Source: a virus
Taxonomy: Duplodnaviria; Heunggongvirae; Uroviricota; Caudoviricetes
IMG/VR virus record: IMGVR_UViG_2778261676_000004
Length of the DNA: 26,907 bases
Direction: 5' to 3' (one strand)
The position numbers and the translations under genes were made by a program. The first letter of the stretch is position 1. Each line of letters opens with the position of its first letter. Shown piece by piece: positions 1 through 7,795 of this stretch. The notes under the pieces were generated by a model, which saw nothing but the letters and a program-made list of their open reading frames with translations, had not been told where the DNA came from and ran no database searches.

Positions 1-468
1 ATGCCAGATCAAAAAGAAAGTGAGAACACCAAACTCACTTGTGAAGAACAAAAGGATAATGAACTGGTTTCTCGAGTAATCGAAAATCCAGAGGTCTTAA
101 ACAGGGTTTTGGATAGTCCGCAGGTGCGGGCTATTGTTTGCCAGCATTTTCAGGGGCCTGTTCCGCCACCTTCAATGCTTAAAAAGTATGATCAACTGGT
201 GCCAGGGCTTGCAAATCGACTTGTTGAGTTGACCGAAAAAGAGCAGGCTCATCGCCATAAAACAGTGGCTGATAGCATTGATATTGCCAGAGATGGTCAA
301 ACAAAGGCTTTTTGGTTGGCAATATTGATCATCTTAGCTGCCACTGTCTTTGGCGTCATGGGGGAGACAGTTCTTGCCGGAACTCTCGTTTCAATAGATC
401 TTGTTGCATTGGTTACGGCATTTATTGTTGGAAAACATTATTCTAAGCAGGAACCTGATCAAGATTAG
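1..468 (+). CDS. Hypothetical membrane protein; hydrophobic C-terminus, may be host-side flank of the prophage
   Basis: 155-aa ORF from the track; C-terminal stretch FWLAILIILAATVFGVMGETVLAGTLVSIDLVALVTAFIVG looks like two transmembrane helices; followed by a hairpin terminator. Window may begin inside or at the gene start. Confidence 0.5.
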   Translation: MPDQKESENTKLTCEEQKDNELVSRVIENPEVLNRVLDSPQVRAIVCQHFQGPVPPPSMLKKYDQLVPGLANRLVELTEKEQAHRHKTVADSIDIARDGQTKAFWLAILIILAATVFGVMGETVLAGTLVSIDLVALVTAFIVGKHYSKQEPDQD

Positions 469-474
469 TCTCCG

Positions 475-500
475 AACCCCGGTTGATGCCGGGGTTTTTA
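475..500 (+). terminator. Rho-independent terminator
   Basis: Stem AACCCCGG / CCGGGGTT with loop TTGATG followed by TTTTTA, directly after the stop of the 1..468 ORF. Confidence 0.6.
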
Positions 501-544
501 CACTAGCAAAGTAATATCAACATTTTTCAGCTGTATTTATTTCG

Positions 545-1663
545 TCAAACAACCAATTTAACCCATTCCTGACCACGAGTATTGTTATAACGATCGGTGG
601 TTGCCTGGACTTTATGTCCCAGTAATGTTTTTGTATCGATACCCTGTGCACGGTACAGCCGTTCTGATAGAGAACGTTGTTCATGAAATGTTGGCGGAGT
701 TTTTCCTGCTGGTGGAATTATTCCAGCCAGCTCCCGCGCTTTGGCAAAGTAATCGCTCAGGTTGTCTTTACTCATTGGTTTTGGTTGTTTTTGGTGCCGA
801 CTATGAATCAGGTATGGACTCAATATTCTGTCCCTGCATCCATCAATCACTTCTTTTAGCGATATCCCAATGGCATCACAGCGTAGCGTCAGCGGTAACG
901 CCAGACGCATTCCAGTTTTTCCCTGGGTAATATGCAGGTGTTCGTTCCACACATCTGAAAAACGCATATGGCAAATGTCATCACGGCGCTGACCAGTAAC
1001 AATCGCAAGAAGCATTGCGTTACGGATAAAGTGTTTTTCAGGCGTTGCGTTGTAAATTTTTTGCCAGTCTTCCAGGGTGAGTCTGGCTCTGGTTACTTTA
1101 GGGATCGGTTTACGGGTAGCCTCCGGAGGATTCCATCCAGGAGGAACTTCCCCTGCATGCTGTGCTTCTTTATAAATATCAACCCATAATCCACGATTTA
1201 CTCTCGCTGTGCTGACCATGTCTTTATCCAGCCACTCATCCAGTATTAATGCAAAGTCTCTTACTTCCAGTTCTTTCAATGGGTGGTTTCCCAGACGGGA
1301 AACCAGGTATGCAGCCATTCGAGTTTTTTCTTTGTGAGTTGTAGCTGCAATATCTCCATTTTTCAGTCGCGTGTCCTGTATTTTCAGATATCGATCAACC
1401 CATGCCTTTAATCTGATACCCCGACGTTTTGTTGCTGATGGACTTTCATCAATTTTGCGCATGAAATATTCGGCTTCTGCTGCAGCTATTCGCTGATTGG
1501 CTGTGGAAGCGATTCTTTCAGCTTTGCCTTTGTCTGTTCCGAGTCCGTGAAATTTTCCAGTCACAGGGTTTTTATACTGGTAGTAAACTCTGCCAGTTCT
1601 GCGATCAAACTTTTCGTAAAGACCGGCTACGTCAGTGCTGTTTTTTCGTGGCCTCGGTGACAT
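545..1663 (-). CDS. int: Tyrosine recombinase, lambda-Int family integrase
   Basis: 372 aa; N-terminal arm-binding-like YYQYKNPVTGKFHGLG and C-terminal PPTFHEQRSLSERLY (H-x-x-R ... Y catalytic region) closely resemble lambda Int as I recall it; position at the prophage end next to an excisionase-like gene. Confidence 0.9.
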   Translation of the reverse strand: MSPRPRKNSTDVAGLYEKFDRRTGRVYYQYKNPVTGKFHGLGTDKGKAERIASTANQRIAAAEAEYFMRKIDESPSATKRRGIRLKAWVDRYLKIQDTRLKNGDIAATTHKEKTRMAAYLVSRLGNHPLKELEVRDFALILDEWLDKDMVSTARVNRGLWVDIYKEAQHAGEVPPGWNPPEATRKPIPKVTRARLTLEDWQKIYNATPEKHFIRNAMLLAIVTGQRRDDICHMRFSDVWNEHLHITQGKTGMRLALPLTLRCDAIGISLKEVIDGCRDRILSPYLIHSRHQKQPKPMSKDNLSDYFAKARELAGIIPPAGKTPPTFHEQRSLSERLYRAQGIDTKTLLGHKVQATTDRYNNTRGQEWVKLVV

Positions 1664-1901
1664 GAGTTAAAATCTCCTTCAGTGCATCATCATCGCCAGT
1701 ATGAATTTCCGGCGCAATTCCCGTTTCACCAGGTCCAACAAATACTGCCCGGCGATCTATCAGCCAACGTCCACGAATTTTTTGTGGTCTTGGTACGATG
1801 TATCCAAGTTTTCCGTATTTCACCAGGGTAGTGTTTGTTATTGGGAGACTGAACCGTTTGGGTTTCCACTCATCGAGCGTTATCAGGTACTGTTCGCTCA
1901 T
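1632..1901 (-). CDS. Excisionase-like small DNA-binding protein
   Basis: Small ORF directly upstream of int and overlapping its start; ATG at 1901 preceded by GGAG; the track ORF begins at an upstream GTG (1910). Function inferred from position and size only. Confidence 0.5.
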   Translation of the reverse strand: MSEQYLITLDEWKPKRFSLPITNTTLVKYGKLGYIVPRPQKIRGRWLIDRRAVFVGPGETGIAPEIHTGDDDALKEILTHVTEATKKQH

Positions 1902-1962
1902 GGTTATCACTCCGGAACGCGCCAGTTGCAGAATACCAACTACAACCGGCGACGGTTGAACA

Positions 1963-4401
1963 TTAAAAATCAGCCTGATTCGGGATCAGTTTTTGTATCG
2001 TGGCTGTAACGTATTTCGCCTGGTGACGGGCATCATCCAGCGCATGGTGGCGCACGCCTTCAAATAGAATAACTGTTCTGGCATCGAAGCCGATAGTTTT
2101 TCCCAGTTCAACGATTGTACGTACATCGCGATCGTTGTAGTAACGCCACGGGCAGGGGATGTTCAGGCGTTCGTACGAGGTTCGTAAAATAGTGTTGTCG
2201 AAAGTTGCACCATTGCCCCATACCTGAACGAATTCTTCATCCGAGTACTCATTGATGAATTCCCGAAATTGAATAAGAGCGTCAACCAGTTTTACCTGAT
2301 CAACTAAAATTGCAGATCTGGCTTCGCTGGACTGAGCAAGCCACCATTCGATGGTGGAACCATCAGGAACAGCACCCGTGTCCATAGCGTCAACCAGGCT
2401 GATAACGATATAAAATGTTGGCCCGATTTCCCCGGTCTGCGGATCGAAGAACACAGCACCAATAACCACGATGGGGGCATTACTTTTTTTACCCATCGTT
2501 TCAAGGTCGATCATCAGGTGGTACCACACTCTGCTGGTGGATGTGATAACGTGATGACCGTTCACCGCAATTAAGGGATCTGCCGTCTCGCCAGTTTCGC
2601 TATCGCTGGCGTGGTCCTGATAGCTGCCAGCATTCTCCTTGTGTGGATGTTCAGCGCCTTCCATTTCCTCCGGATCTTTTTCCTGAGATTCATCCAGATT
2701 TTCTTCATTAAAGGTTTCCTGATACGTTGCGTCGCCCATCACCGCACCACAATCAGGGCAGTTGCCGCCGCTGGTCTGACCGCAGGCGGTGCAGGCTTTT
2801 TCCGGCTCCTGTTGCGCATTTGGGCTGTTTTGTTCCGCTTTCTGGTCGTTCTGTTCCGTTTCTTTCTGGTTCTGATTCACTGAATCGCGGGTTTCAATCC
2901 CCTTCACCCATTTCGGATCATTCGGGTCGCTAATCCCTGCAACAAATTCACCACGTGATACAGCAAGCAACTTATTGGCGTCAGGCTGGCTGATATTGGC
3001 TGCCTGCATAATTTTGTTTACTTCGTCAGCGGTAACTTTTACCGGCTCTGGTTGTGCGATCGTGTCAGATGCACCAGTATTTTGTTGTGAACCTGAGTAT
3101 GTGCCGTTTTTGCGGGCAAAATATTCTTCTTTCGTGATTTCAGTAGCCCCTGCAGCCAGCGCCTTATTCAGACCAGAAAGTTTGTTTGCACGACCATATT
3201 TTTCGCCATCCTTATCGGTGAAAAGGAAGTAGAACGGCCCCTCACGCTCTACAGATGGTTCAGTTTCCAGCGTGCTTTCATTTTTTTGGGTATCAGATAC
3301 TTCAGTTTCCACTGCATCAGTTTGTGCTGCTGACGGCTGGAGAATATCAGCAGTGTTCTGGTCTGTTTCTTCATCCTCAAACACGCCCTTTGTCGCCAGG
3401 TATTCAGTGATGTATTTGTTCAGTGCCACGGGATCTTTGTGAATGTCGATCGGACGCTCACGGACAAGGCCAAAAATAGTCTGACGGTCGTAGCGGACGG
3501 CATCGGGTTGTTTGCGCATTGATGCGGAAATGCGCTTCCAGTCTTCGCGATCTTTGTCGATAACTTCATTTTTTGCCCAGCGATGGATGCTGCCGTCAAT
3601 GTTTCCGGCATTAATATCGCCAGGCCACAGAGCGTAGGCCAGTTCTTCATCCAGCGTTTTCCATGTCTGCTTGTATTCGCGACGAATGGCGGCAGTGGCG
3701 GGGTTGATTTTTCCTGCTGAGTTTTCAGTGTGCTGCCGGTTGACTCTGGCGCGGGCAAGATCAACAACAGACGTGTATTTCCCGGTTTCTTTGCGTTCGG
3801 CTTCGCGACGTTTTTTCCAGGTGCGTAATTCTGTCTGGATCTCAGGCCATTTTGCACCCGGCTTACATTTATGTTTAACCCACCCGATGGCGAACAGCTT
3901 TAGTTCTGAATACATGACGTTAACTTCAGGCATTTTCATCAATGCCTCAACGATATGCCCGTCGAATGTTGCCATGTCCTCCTGCAACAATTCCTGTGCA
4001 CTAATCACCATATCAACGGTGATGTTTTCACATGTACCGAACTTAACCAGGACCGCGTTCTGTACTTCAAGGGACAGCTTGTCAAAATTGACGTTCATCG
4101 GATCGGATTCTGGTTCGATCGGGACAAAAGAGGCTGACTCTTCATCCCAGCGGTTTTCCAGCATATATTCGGTATCCCAGGAGTCGATGGCAGGGCGGGG
4201 CATGCCGGGTTTATCCTCGCAAACAAGAAATTTATAAGCGCAGTCCTGAGCAGCCGGATATTGCTCCAGGAATTGCCAGGTAAATTTGGCACGGGCGCGG
4301 CGTTCGTCGCCGGCTTCAATGGCAGTGGCTACAGCGACTGCACCTTCTTCCTTTATTGCCTGTTCGTCCGGAATGGCGGCGCAAATAAAGACTTTACTCA
4401 T
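1963..4401 (-). CDS. Large prophage exonuclease with C-terminal DEDDh (DnaQ-like) 3'-5' exonuclease domain
   Basis: 812 aa; C-terminal motifs MIDLETMG, WGNGATFDN and HHALDDA match the DEDDh exonuclease pattern; central CTACGQTSGGNCPDCG is a C-x2-C...C-x2-C zinc-ribbon-like motif; acidic low-complexity linker. Confidence 0.8.
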   Translation of the reverse strand: MSKVFICAAIPDEQAIKEEGAVAVATAIEAGDERRARAKFTWQFLEQYPAAQDCAYKFLVCEDKPGMPRPAIDSWDTEYMLENRWDEESASFVPIEPESDPMNVNFDKLSLEVQNAVLVKFGTCENITVDMVISAQELLQEDMATFDGHIVEALMKMPEVNVMYSELKLFAIGWVKHKCKPGAKWPEIQTELRTWKKRREAERKETGKYTSVVDLARARVNRQHTENSAGKINPATAAIRREYKQTWKTLDEELAYALWPGDINAGNIDGSIHRWAKNEVIDKDREDWKRISASMRKQPDAVRYDRQTIFGLVRERPIDIHKDPVALNKYITEYLATKGVFEDEETDQNTADILQPSAAQTDAVETEVSDTQKNESTLETEPSVEREGPFYFLFTDKDGEKYGRANKLSGLNKALAAGATEITKEEYFARKNGTYSGSQQNTGASDTIAQPEPVKVTADEVNKIMQAANISQPDANKLLAVSRGEFVAGISDPNDPKWVKGIETRDSVNQNQKETEQNDQKAEQNSPNAQQEPEKACTACGQTSGGNCPDCGAVMGDATYQETFNEENLDESQEKDPEEMEGAEHPHKENAGSYQDHASDSETGETADPLIAVNGHHVITSTSRVWYHLMIDLETMGKKSNAPIVVIGAVFFDPQTGEIGPTFYIVISLVDAMDTGAVPDGSTIEWWLAQSSEARSAILVDQVKLVDALIQFREFINEYSDEEFVQVWGNGATFDNTILRTSYERLNIPCPWRYYNDRDVRTIVELGKTIGFDARTVILFEGVRHHALDDARHQAKYVTATIQKLIPNQADF

Positions 4402-4481
4402 TTTGTTTTAACCTCATTACAGATTTAAGGGTGAACAAATCCCTGCCATTGCTGGCATATAAAAATGAAACCGGATATTAA

Positions 4482-4685
4482 TTACGGTGCTGTTTTAAGT
4501 CCTGCCGGGATTTCGTTATTGTCCATGCGAATAACTTTATCAACCGGATAACAGTTGCCGGGAATTTTCTGTTCCGCTGCGGCAGCCATGCATTCTTTCA
4601 TTGAGTCATGTATACCAATAACAAGATCGACTGGTTCGCCTGTATTAAGAAAAACTGTCAGAACGAGTGCAAATGCTGTATTCAT
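4482..4685 (-). CDS. YdfD-like small protein (DUF1482-type)
   Basis: Internal ATG giving MNTAFALVLTVFLNTGEPVD...; hydrophobic N-terminus; lies immediately downstream of dicB as ydfD does in the K-12 Qin prophage (recalled, not searched). Confidence 0.6.
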   Translation of the reverse strand: MNTAFALVLTVFLNTGEPVDLVIGIHDSMKECMAAAAEQKIPGNCYPVDKVIRMDNNEIPAGLKTAP

Positions 4686-4687
4686 TG

Positions 4688-4870
4688 TCAGCGTCCTTTT
4701 TGCATCAGGCGTAAACGGGCCAGCATTGAAACAATGCATATTTGATTTAATAGCTCCCGTTCGTGTTTTCTCTTATTAATGGCATCTTCAGTAAATACAG
4801 GGTTACTGATTCTGACACCAATTTCAAAACAACCTTCAGACGTATTGACGTTTGGTAATAACGTTTCCAT
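4688..4870 (-). CDS. dicB: DicB-like cell division inhibitor
   Basis: 60 aa, METLLPNVNTSEGCFEIGVRISNPVFTEDAINKRKHERELLNQICIVSMLARLRLM, near-identical to my recollection of E. coli DicB (MKTLLPNVNTSEGCFEIGV...); RBS GAGGACG upstream. Confidence 0.8.
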   Translation of the reverse strand: METLLPNVNTSEGCFEIGVRISNPVFTEDAINKRKHERELLNQICIVSMLARLRLMQKGR

Positions 4871-4887
4871 TATCGCGTCCTCAACAA

Positions 4888-5049
4888 TGAATTTTGTGAT
4901 GCGGTGCCTGGTGCCTCCAGGTGACGTTAACTAGTTAACAATTAACGCCGGATACAGAGAACCCACCCATAAGAACCAATACGGAAGTCAACTGGCCTTT
5001 TTAACTGTTCCGCGTGCGCTGAGCCGCATTCACCGCATCACAAAATTCA
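4888..5049. repeat. Perfect 19-bp inverted repeat pair (4888-4906 and 5031-5049) enclosing about 124 nt
   Basis: TGAATTTTGTGATGCGGTG at 4888-4906 and its exact reverse complement CACCGCATCACAAAATTCA at 5031-5049; interior holds the 14-bp palindrome GTTAACTAGTTAAC (4926-4939) and CCTGGTGCCTCCAGG. Confidence 0.85.
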
Positions 5050-5051
5050 CT

Positions 5052-5108
5052 TTAAAAAGGACGGACATCAGCCAGCAATGAAACTGATGCCGCCAAAAGG
5101 TAATCAAC
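5052..5108 (-). ncRNA. dicF: DicF-like small RNA (approximate boundaries)
   Basis: Minus-strand sequence ...TTTTGGCGGCATCAGTTTCATTGCTGGCTGATGTCCGTCCTTTTTAAAGTGAATTTTGTG resembles my recollection of the DicF terminator hairpin and flank; sits between ydfB-like and dicB as in the dicB operon. Ends not determined. Confidence 0.45.
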
Positions 5109-5764
5109 ATGGGTTGTTGCAGCGGGGTTGTCACTCAGGCGTATGGTCAACCTGACAACCCGGTGTCCTCAACAGGGGGAAGGAATAACCCCGCCATACG
5201 TACCGCCGCGCCATTTCGCGGAGTGCCACAACCGGAAGCGCACGGTCGAATTAAATTTAACGACACCGTACAGTGAGACGAACTTCGCCGTGCGCTTTCG
5301 CGTTATGCCCTGACTTTTCAGGGATATATCCTTTCAGTAAACTGTCAGTGCCGGATTCTTATCCGTGTCCGGCGCACGACCACATGTGGCAGCATGTTGG
5401 TCTCCATTTTTAACCCAGAACCTCAATGGAGGATAAAATGTCAGACAAGTTAATTAACCCATTTACCTATCCATCTGTTGCAGCTTTGAACTTAACAGTT
5501 GAGTTAATTCGGGCTGGCAAAATGTCATCCCCTTCAGAGGCGGCTAATTCAGTTATTACAATCCGCAATATATTAAAAGAAGAAAAACAAGCCGCTATGG
5601 AGAAGACTGATAAAGAGCAATAAAGGCTTCTCTGATTTCTTGAGCCAGTTTTTTAGCTGGATCTACCTTTTCTGTCTCCCCGTTCAAAATGAGAGATTTC
5701 AGTGTTTCTGCGGCGATTTTCTGAGTGTCTGGAGGTAAATCTTTAAATTCCATCTTTAACCCCG

Positions 5765-5893
5765 TTAGTCGATAGATTTTGTCGAACTGGAAAGCGCCTG
5801 TTTAAACTCACTGAAGCTGAGAGCCTCTTCGCCTTCGGCAAGGTCTTCGAAGTATTCTTCGTAAGCCTTTTCCATGATTGTGTCGAAATCCAT
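5765..5893 (-). CDS. YdfB-like small protein
   Basis: 42-aa ORF MDFDTIMEKAYEEYFEDLAEGEEALSFSEFKQALSSSTKSID read by hand from the reverse complement (below the track length cutoff); size and position match ydfB of the dicB operon. Confidence 0.55.
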   Translation of the reverse strand: MDFDTIMEKAYEEYFEDLAEGEEALSFSEFKQALSSSTKSID

Positions 5894-5894
5894 A

Positions 5895-6050
5895 TCACTC
5901 ACCTGAGTTTCTTTCCAGCCAGCGACGGGCACCATTTTCGGTTTTAAACGTTTTGCTTTTGGTATACGTCATCGCGGTGAACGTGCCGTCCTGGTTGGGA
6001 AACACGCCGTACACCAGAGATTCGTTGTTGCCAAGATCGATAGTATCCAT
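5895..6050 (-). CDS. YdfA-like small protein (DUF1391-type)
   Basis: Internal ATG of the 78-aa track ORF gives 51 aa MDTIDLGNNESLVYGVFPNQDGTFTAMTYTKSKTFKTENGARRWLERNSGE, matching my recollection of YdfA; first gene downstream of the repressor on the minus strand. Confidence 0.6.
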   Translation of the reverse strand: MDTIDLGNNESLVYGVFPNQDGTFTAMTYTKSKTFKTENGARRWLERNSGE

Positions 6051-6256
6051 GCTGACCTCATTTCCCCTTAACGCCGGGGTAGCGGAACAAAAACCTGCTG
6101 CATAGTTATTAAAGTTGAACCCTGCCGTCATGTTCTTACGCCTCGGGCTGGCTACTTAACCCCTGACCACTGCCTGGTAACTCGAAGTATTGCCCTGCAT
6201 TCTGTGGGGCGGGGTGAGGGAATGAATGAAGTTTAGGAAAATGAACATTTAAGGTC

Positions 6257-6278
6257 AATGTTTTTTTATCAAAACATT
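6257..6278. promoter_or_regulatory. Operator-like inverted repeat downstream of the repressor gene (OL-like position)
   Basis: AATGTTTT (6257-6264) and AAAACATT (6271-6278) are exact reverse complements separated by 6 nt; a third AACATTT copy at 6244-6250. Confidence 0.3.
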
Positions 6279-6342
6279 TTAAGCAGGCAGCTGTTACGCC
6301 ATCACTACGATGGCATACAGTTAATCAAATAGATGAGGTTGG

Positions 6343-6981
6343 TTAAATATCTTGTTGAATTTTAAAGCATACTCCCAATATGCAAGATAGATCATCCAGC
6401 ATAATTGAAGGGTAGCGAGGATTCGTGGGGACTAAAAGAATATCCGGCCCTTCTATCTCCAGTTTGCGAATGACAGGCGTTGTGGTCCCTTTGGGTAAGG
6501 CAAGGACAATATTTCCTGGTTGTACGATTCGATCGGGATCAACAAAAACTGTTGAACCATTTGGGATGGAAACTCCACCACCAGATGTCGACATACTGTC
6601 ACTCTCTAGAACAACAGCAAAGGTATTGGCCGGGATTTCTCCGACAAGCTGCACACAAGAGGTTATTGAGGAATTTTTCATATAATCACTCCAGCTTGCT
6701 GCCTGCTGAAGTGATAGTAGCGGAACCGTTTTTATCGGCGGTAAAGATAGATCAAGCGAATCACCTGTATTTAACTCTCCTCCATTAAGAAGCCAATTTT
6801 CGTTTACTTTCAATATCTTTGCCAGTGAGCTTATGTAACGCGAGGACGGCGCTCCTCCACCGTTCATCCATTGACTTACGGAGCCTTTTGATGCGCCAGT
6901 GGCATTGACAAGGTCTTTGCCTTTCAAGTTTAGCGCATGCATACGTTGGGTTATGCGTTCAGATATTGTTTGCTTGTTCAT
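6343..6981 (-). CDS. cI-like repressor: HTH domain plus S24 LexA-like autopeptidase domain
   Basis: 212 aa; N-terminal HTH-like region; C-terminal VVLESDSMSTSGG (Ser of the S24 Ser-Lys dyad in a GDSM-like context) and later VIRKL; divergent from a Cro-like gene. Confidence 0.85.
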   Translation of the reverse strand: MNKQTISERITQRMHALNLKGKDLVNATGASKGSVSQWMNGGGAPSSRYISSLAKILKVNENWLLNGGELNTGDSLDLSLPPIKTVPLLSLQQAASWSDYMKNSSITSCVQLVGEIPANTFAVVLESDSMSTSGGGVSIPNGSTVFVDPDRIVQPGNIVLALPKGTTTPVIRKLEIEGPDILLVPTNPRYPSIMLDDLSCILGVCFKIQQDI

Positions 6982-7072
6982 GTTTTGATTTTAAAACACA
7001 GATGGTTTTGTTTCTTGACTTTCTTTGGTTTTGATTATTAAACTTTTGGCGTTCAGTTTTATGGAGCGAATC
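6982..7072. promoter_or_regulatory. Divergent promoter/operator region between the repressor and cro-like genes (OR-like)
   Basis: 91-bp AT-rich spacer with direct repeats GTTTTGATT (6982-6990, 7028-7036), GGTTTTG copies and a TTGACT -35-like hexamer at 7015-7020. Confidence 0.35.
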
Positions 7073-7315
7073 ATGAAAAAATCAGAAGTATTAGGCTATT
7101 TTGGCGGAGTTGTTAAAACAGCCGCCGCTCTAGGAACGTCAAAAACCACAGTCAGCATGTGGGGGGAAGACGTTCCGTGGAAATGGGCGTTGCTAATTCA
7201 GGCAGTCACTGCCGGGGCGCTCAAATATGAGTTACACATACCGACGGTTGTCATTCCCGGTTCTGATCATAATCCGCCTTCTAACCAAGGGGGGATTCAT
7301 GAAAATCAAGCATGA
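7073..7315 (+). CDS. Cro-like HTH regulator
   Basis: Internal start MKKSEVLGYFGGVVKTAAALGTSKTTVSMW...; small HTH protein divergent from the repressor; overlaps the next gene by 17 nt. Confidence 0.65.
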   Translation: MKKSEVLGYFGGVVKTAAALGTSKTTVSMWGEDVPWKWALLIQAVTAGALKYELHIPTVVIPGSDHNPPSNQGGIHENQA

Positions 7316-7724
7316 ACACATCCGCATGGCGATGAATGCCTGGGCACGTCCTGATGGCGAAAAAGTTCCGGCAGCTGGAATAACCCAGGCTTATTTTGAG
7401 TTGGGTATGACGTTTCCTGAACTGTACGACGACAGCCATCCGGACGCCCTGGCTCGCAATACCCAGAAAATTTTCCGCTGGATAGAGAAAGACACCCCTG
7501 ATGCAGTTGAAAAAATTCAGGCGTTGTTACCAGCGATCGAAAAGGCAATGCCACCTTTGCTGGTGGCCAGAATGCGCAGCCACAGTTCAGCTTATTTTCG
7601 GGAGCTGGTGGAGACGCGGGAGCGGCTGGTGAGAGACGCTGATGATTTTGTCGCAGTGGCAATCGCCGGTTTCAATCAGATGAACCGTGGTGGCCCGGCA
7701 GGAAATGCTGTGGCAGTACATTGA
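7299..7724 (+). CDS. YdaT-like / CII-like regulatory protein
   Basis: ATG at 7299 preceded by AAGGGGGG; MKIKHEHIRMAMNAWARPDGEKVPAAGITQAYFELGMTF... resembles the YdaT family found after cro in Rac-type prophages (recalled). Confidence 0.7.
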   Translation: MKIKHEHIRMAMNAWARPDGEKVPAAGITQAYFELGMTFPELYDDSHPDALARNTQKIFRWIEKDTPDAVEKIQALLPAIEKAMPPLLVARMRSHSSAYFRELVETRERLVRDADDFVAVAIAGFNQMNRGGPAGNAVAVH

Positions 7725-7795
7725 CTGACAATAGCCATATCGAATCGCTTCCGGCAACTCGTGAGTAAAAAGATTCGGTATCAGAAGAGGTGAGT

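Noticed and set aside
601-1189. Plus-strand ORFs of 60-109 aa inside the integrase gene
   Set aside because: Antisense to a clearly recognisable integrase; hydrophobic or odd compositions consistent with chance frames.
3420-4319. Several 60-190-aa ORFs on both strands inside the exonuclease gene
   Set aside because: All are nested within or antisense to the 812-aa ORF, which has clear exonuclease motifs; no independent support.
5128-5313. 61-aa plus-strand ORF
   Set aside because: Lies in GC-rich, hairpin-dense sequence upstream of the DicF-like element on the opposite strand; no RBS; likely part of the structured operon transcript.
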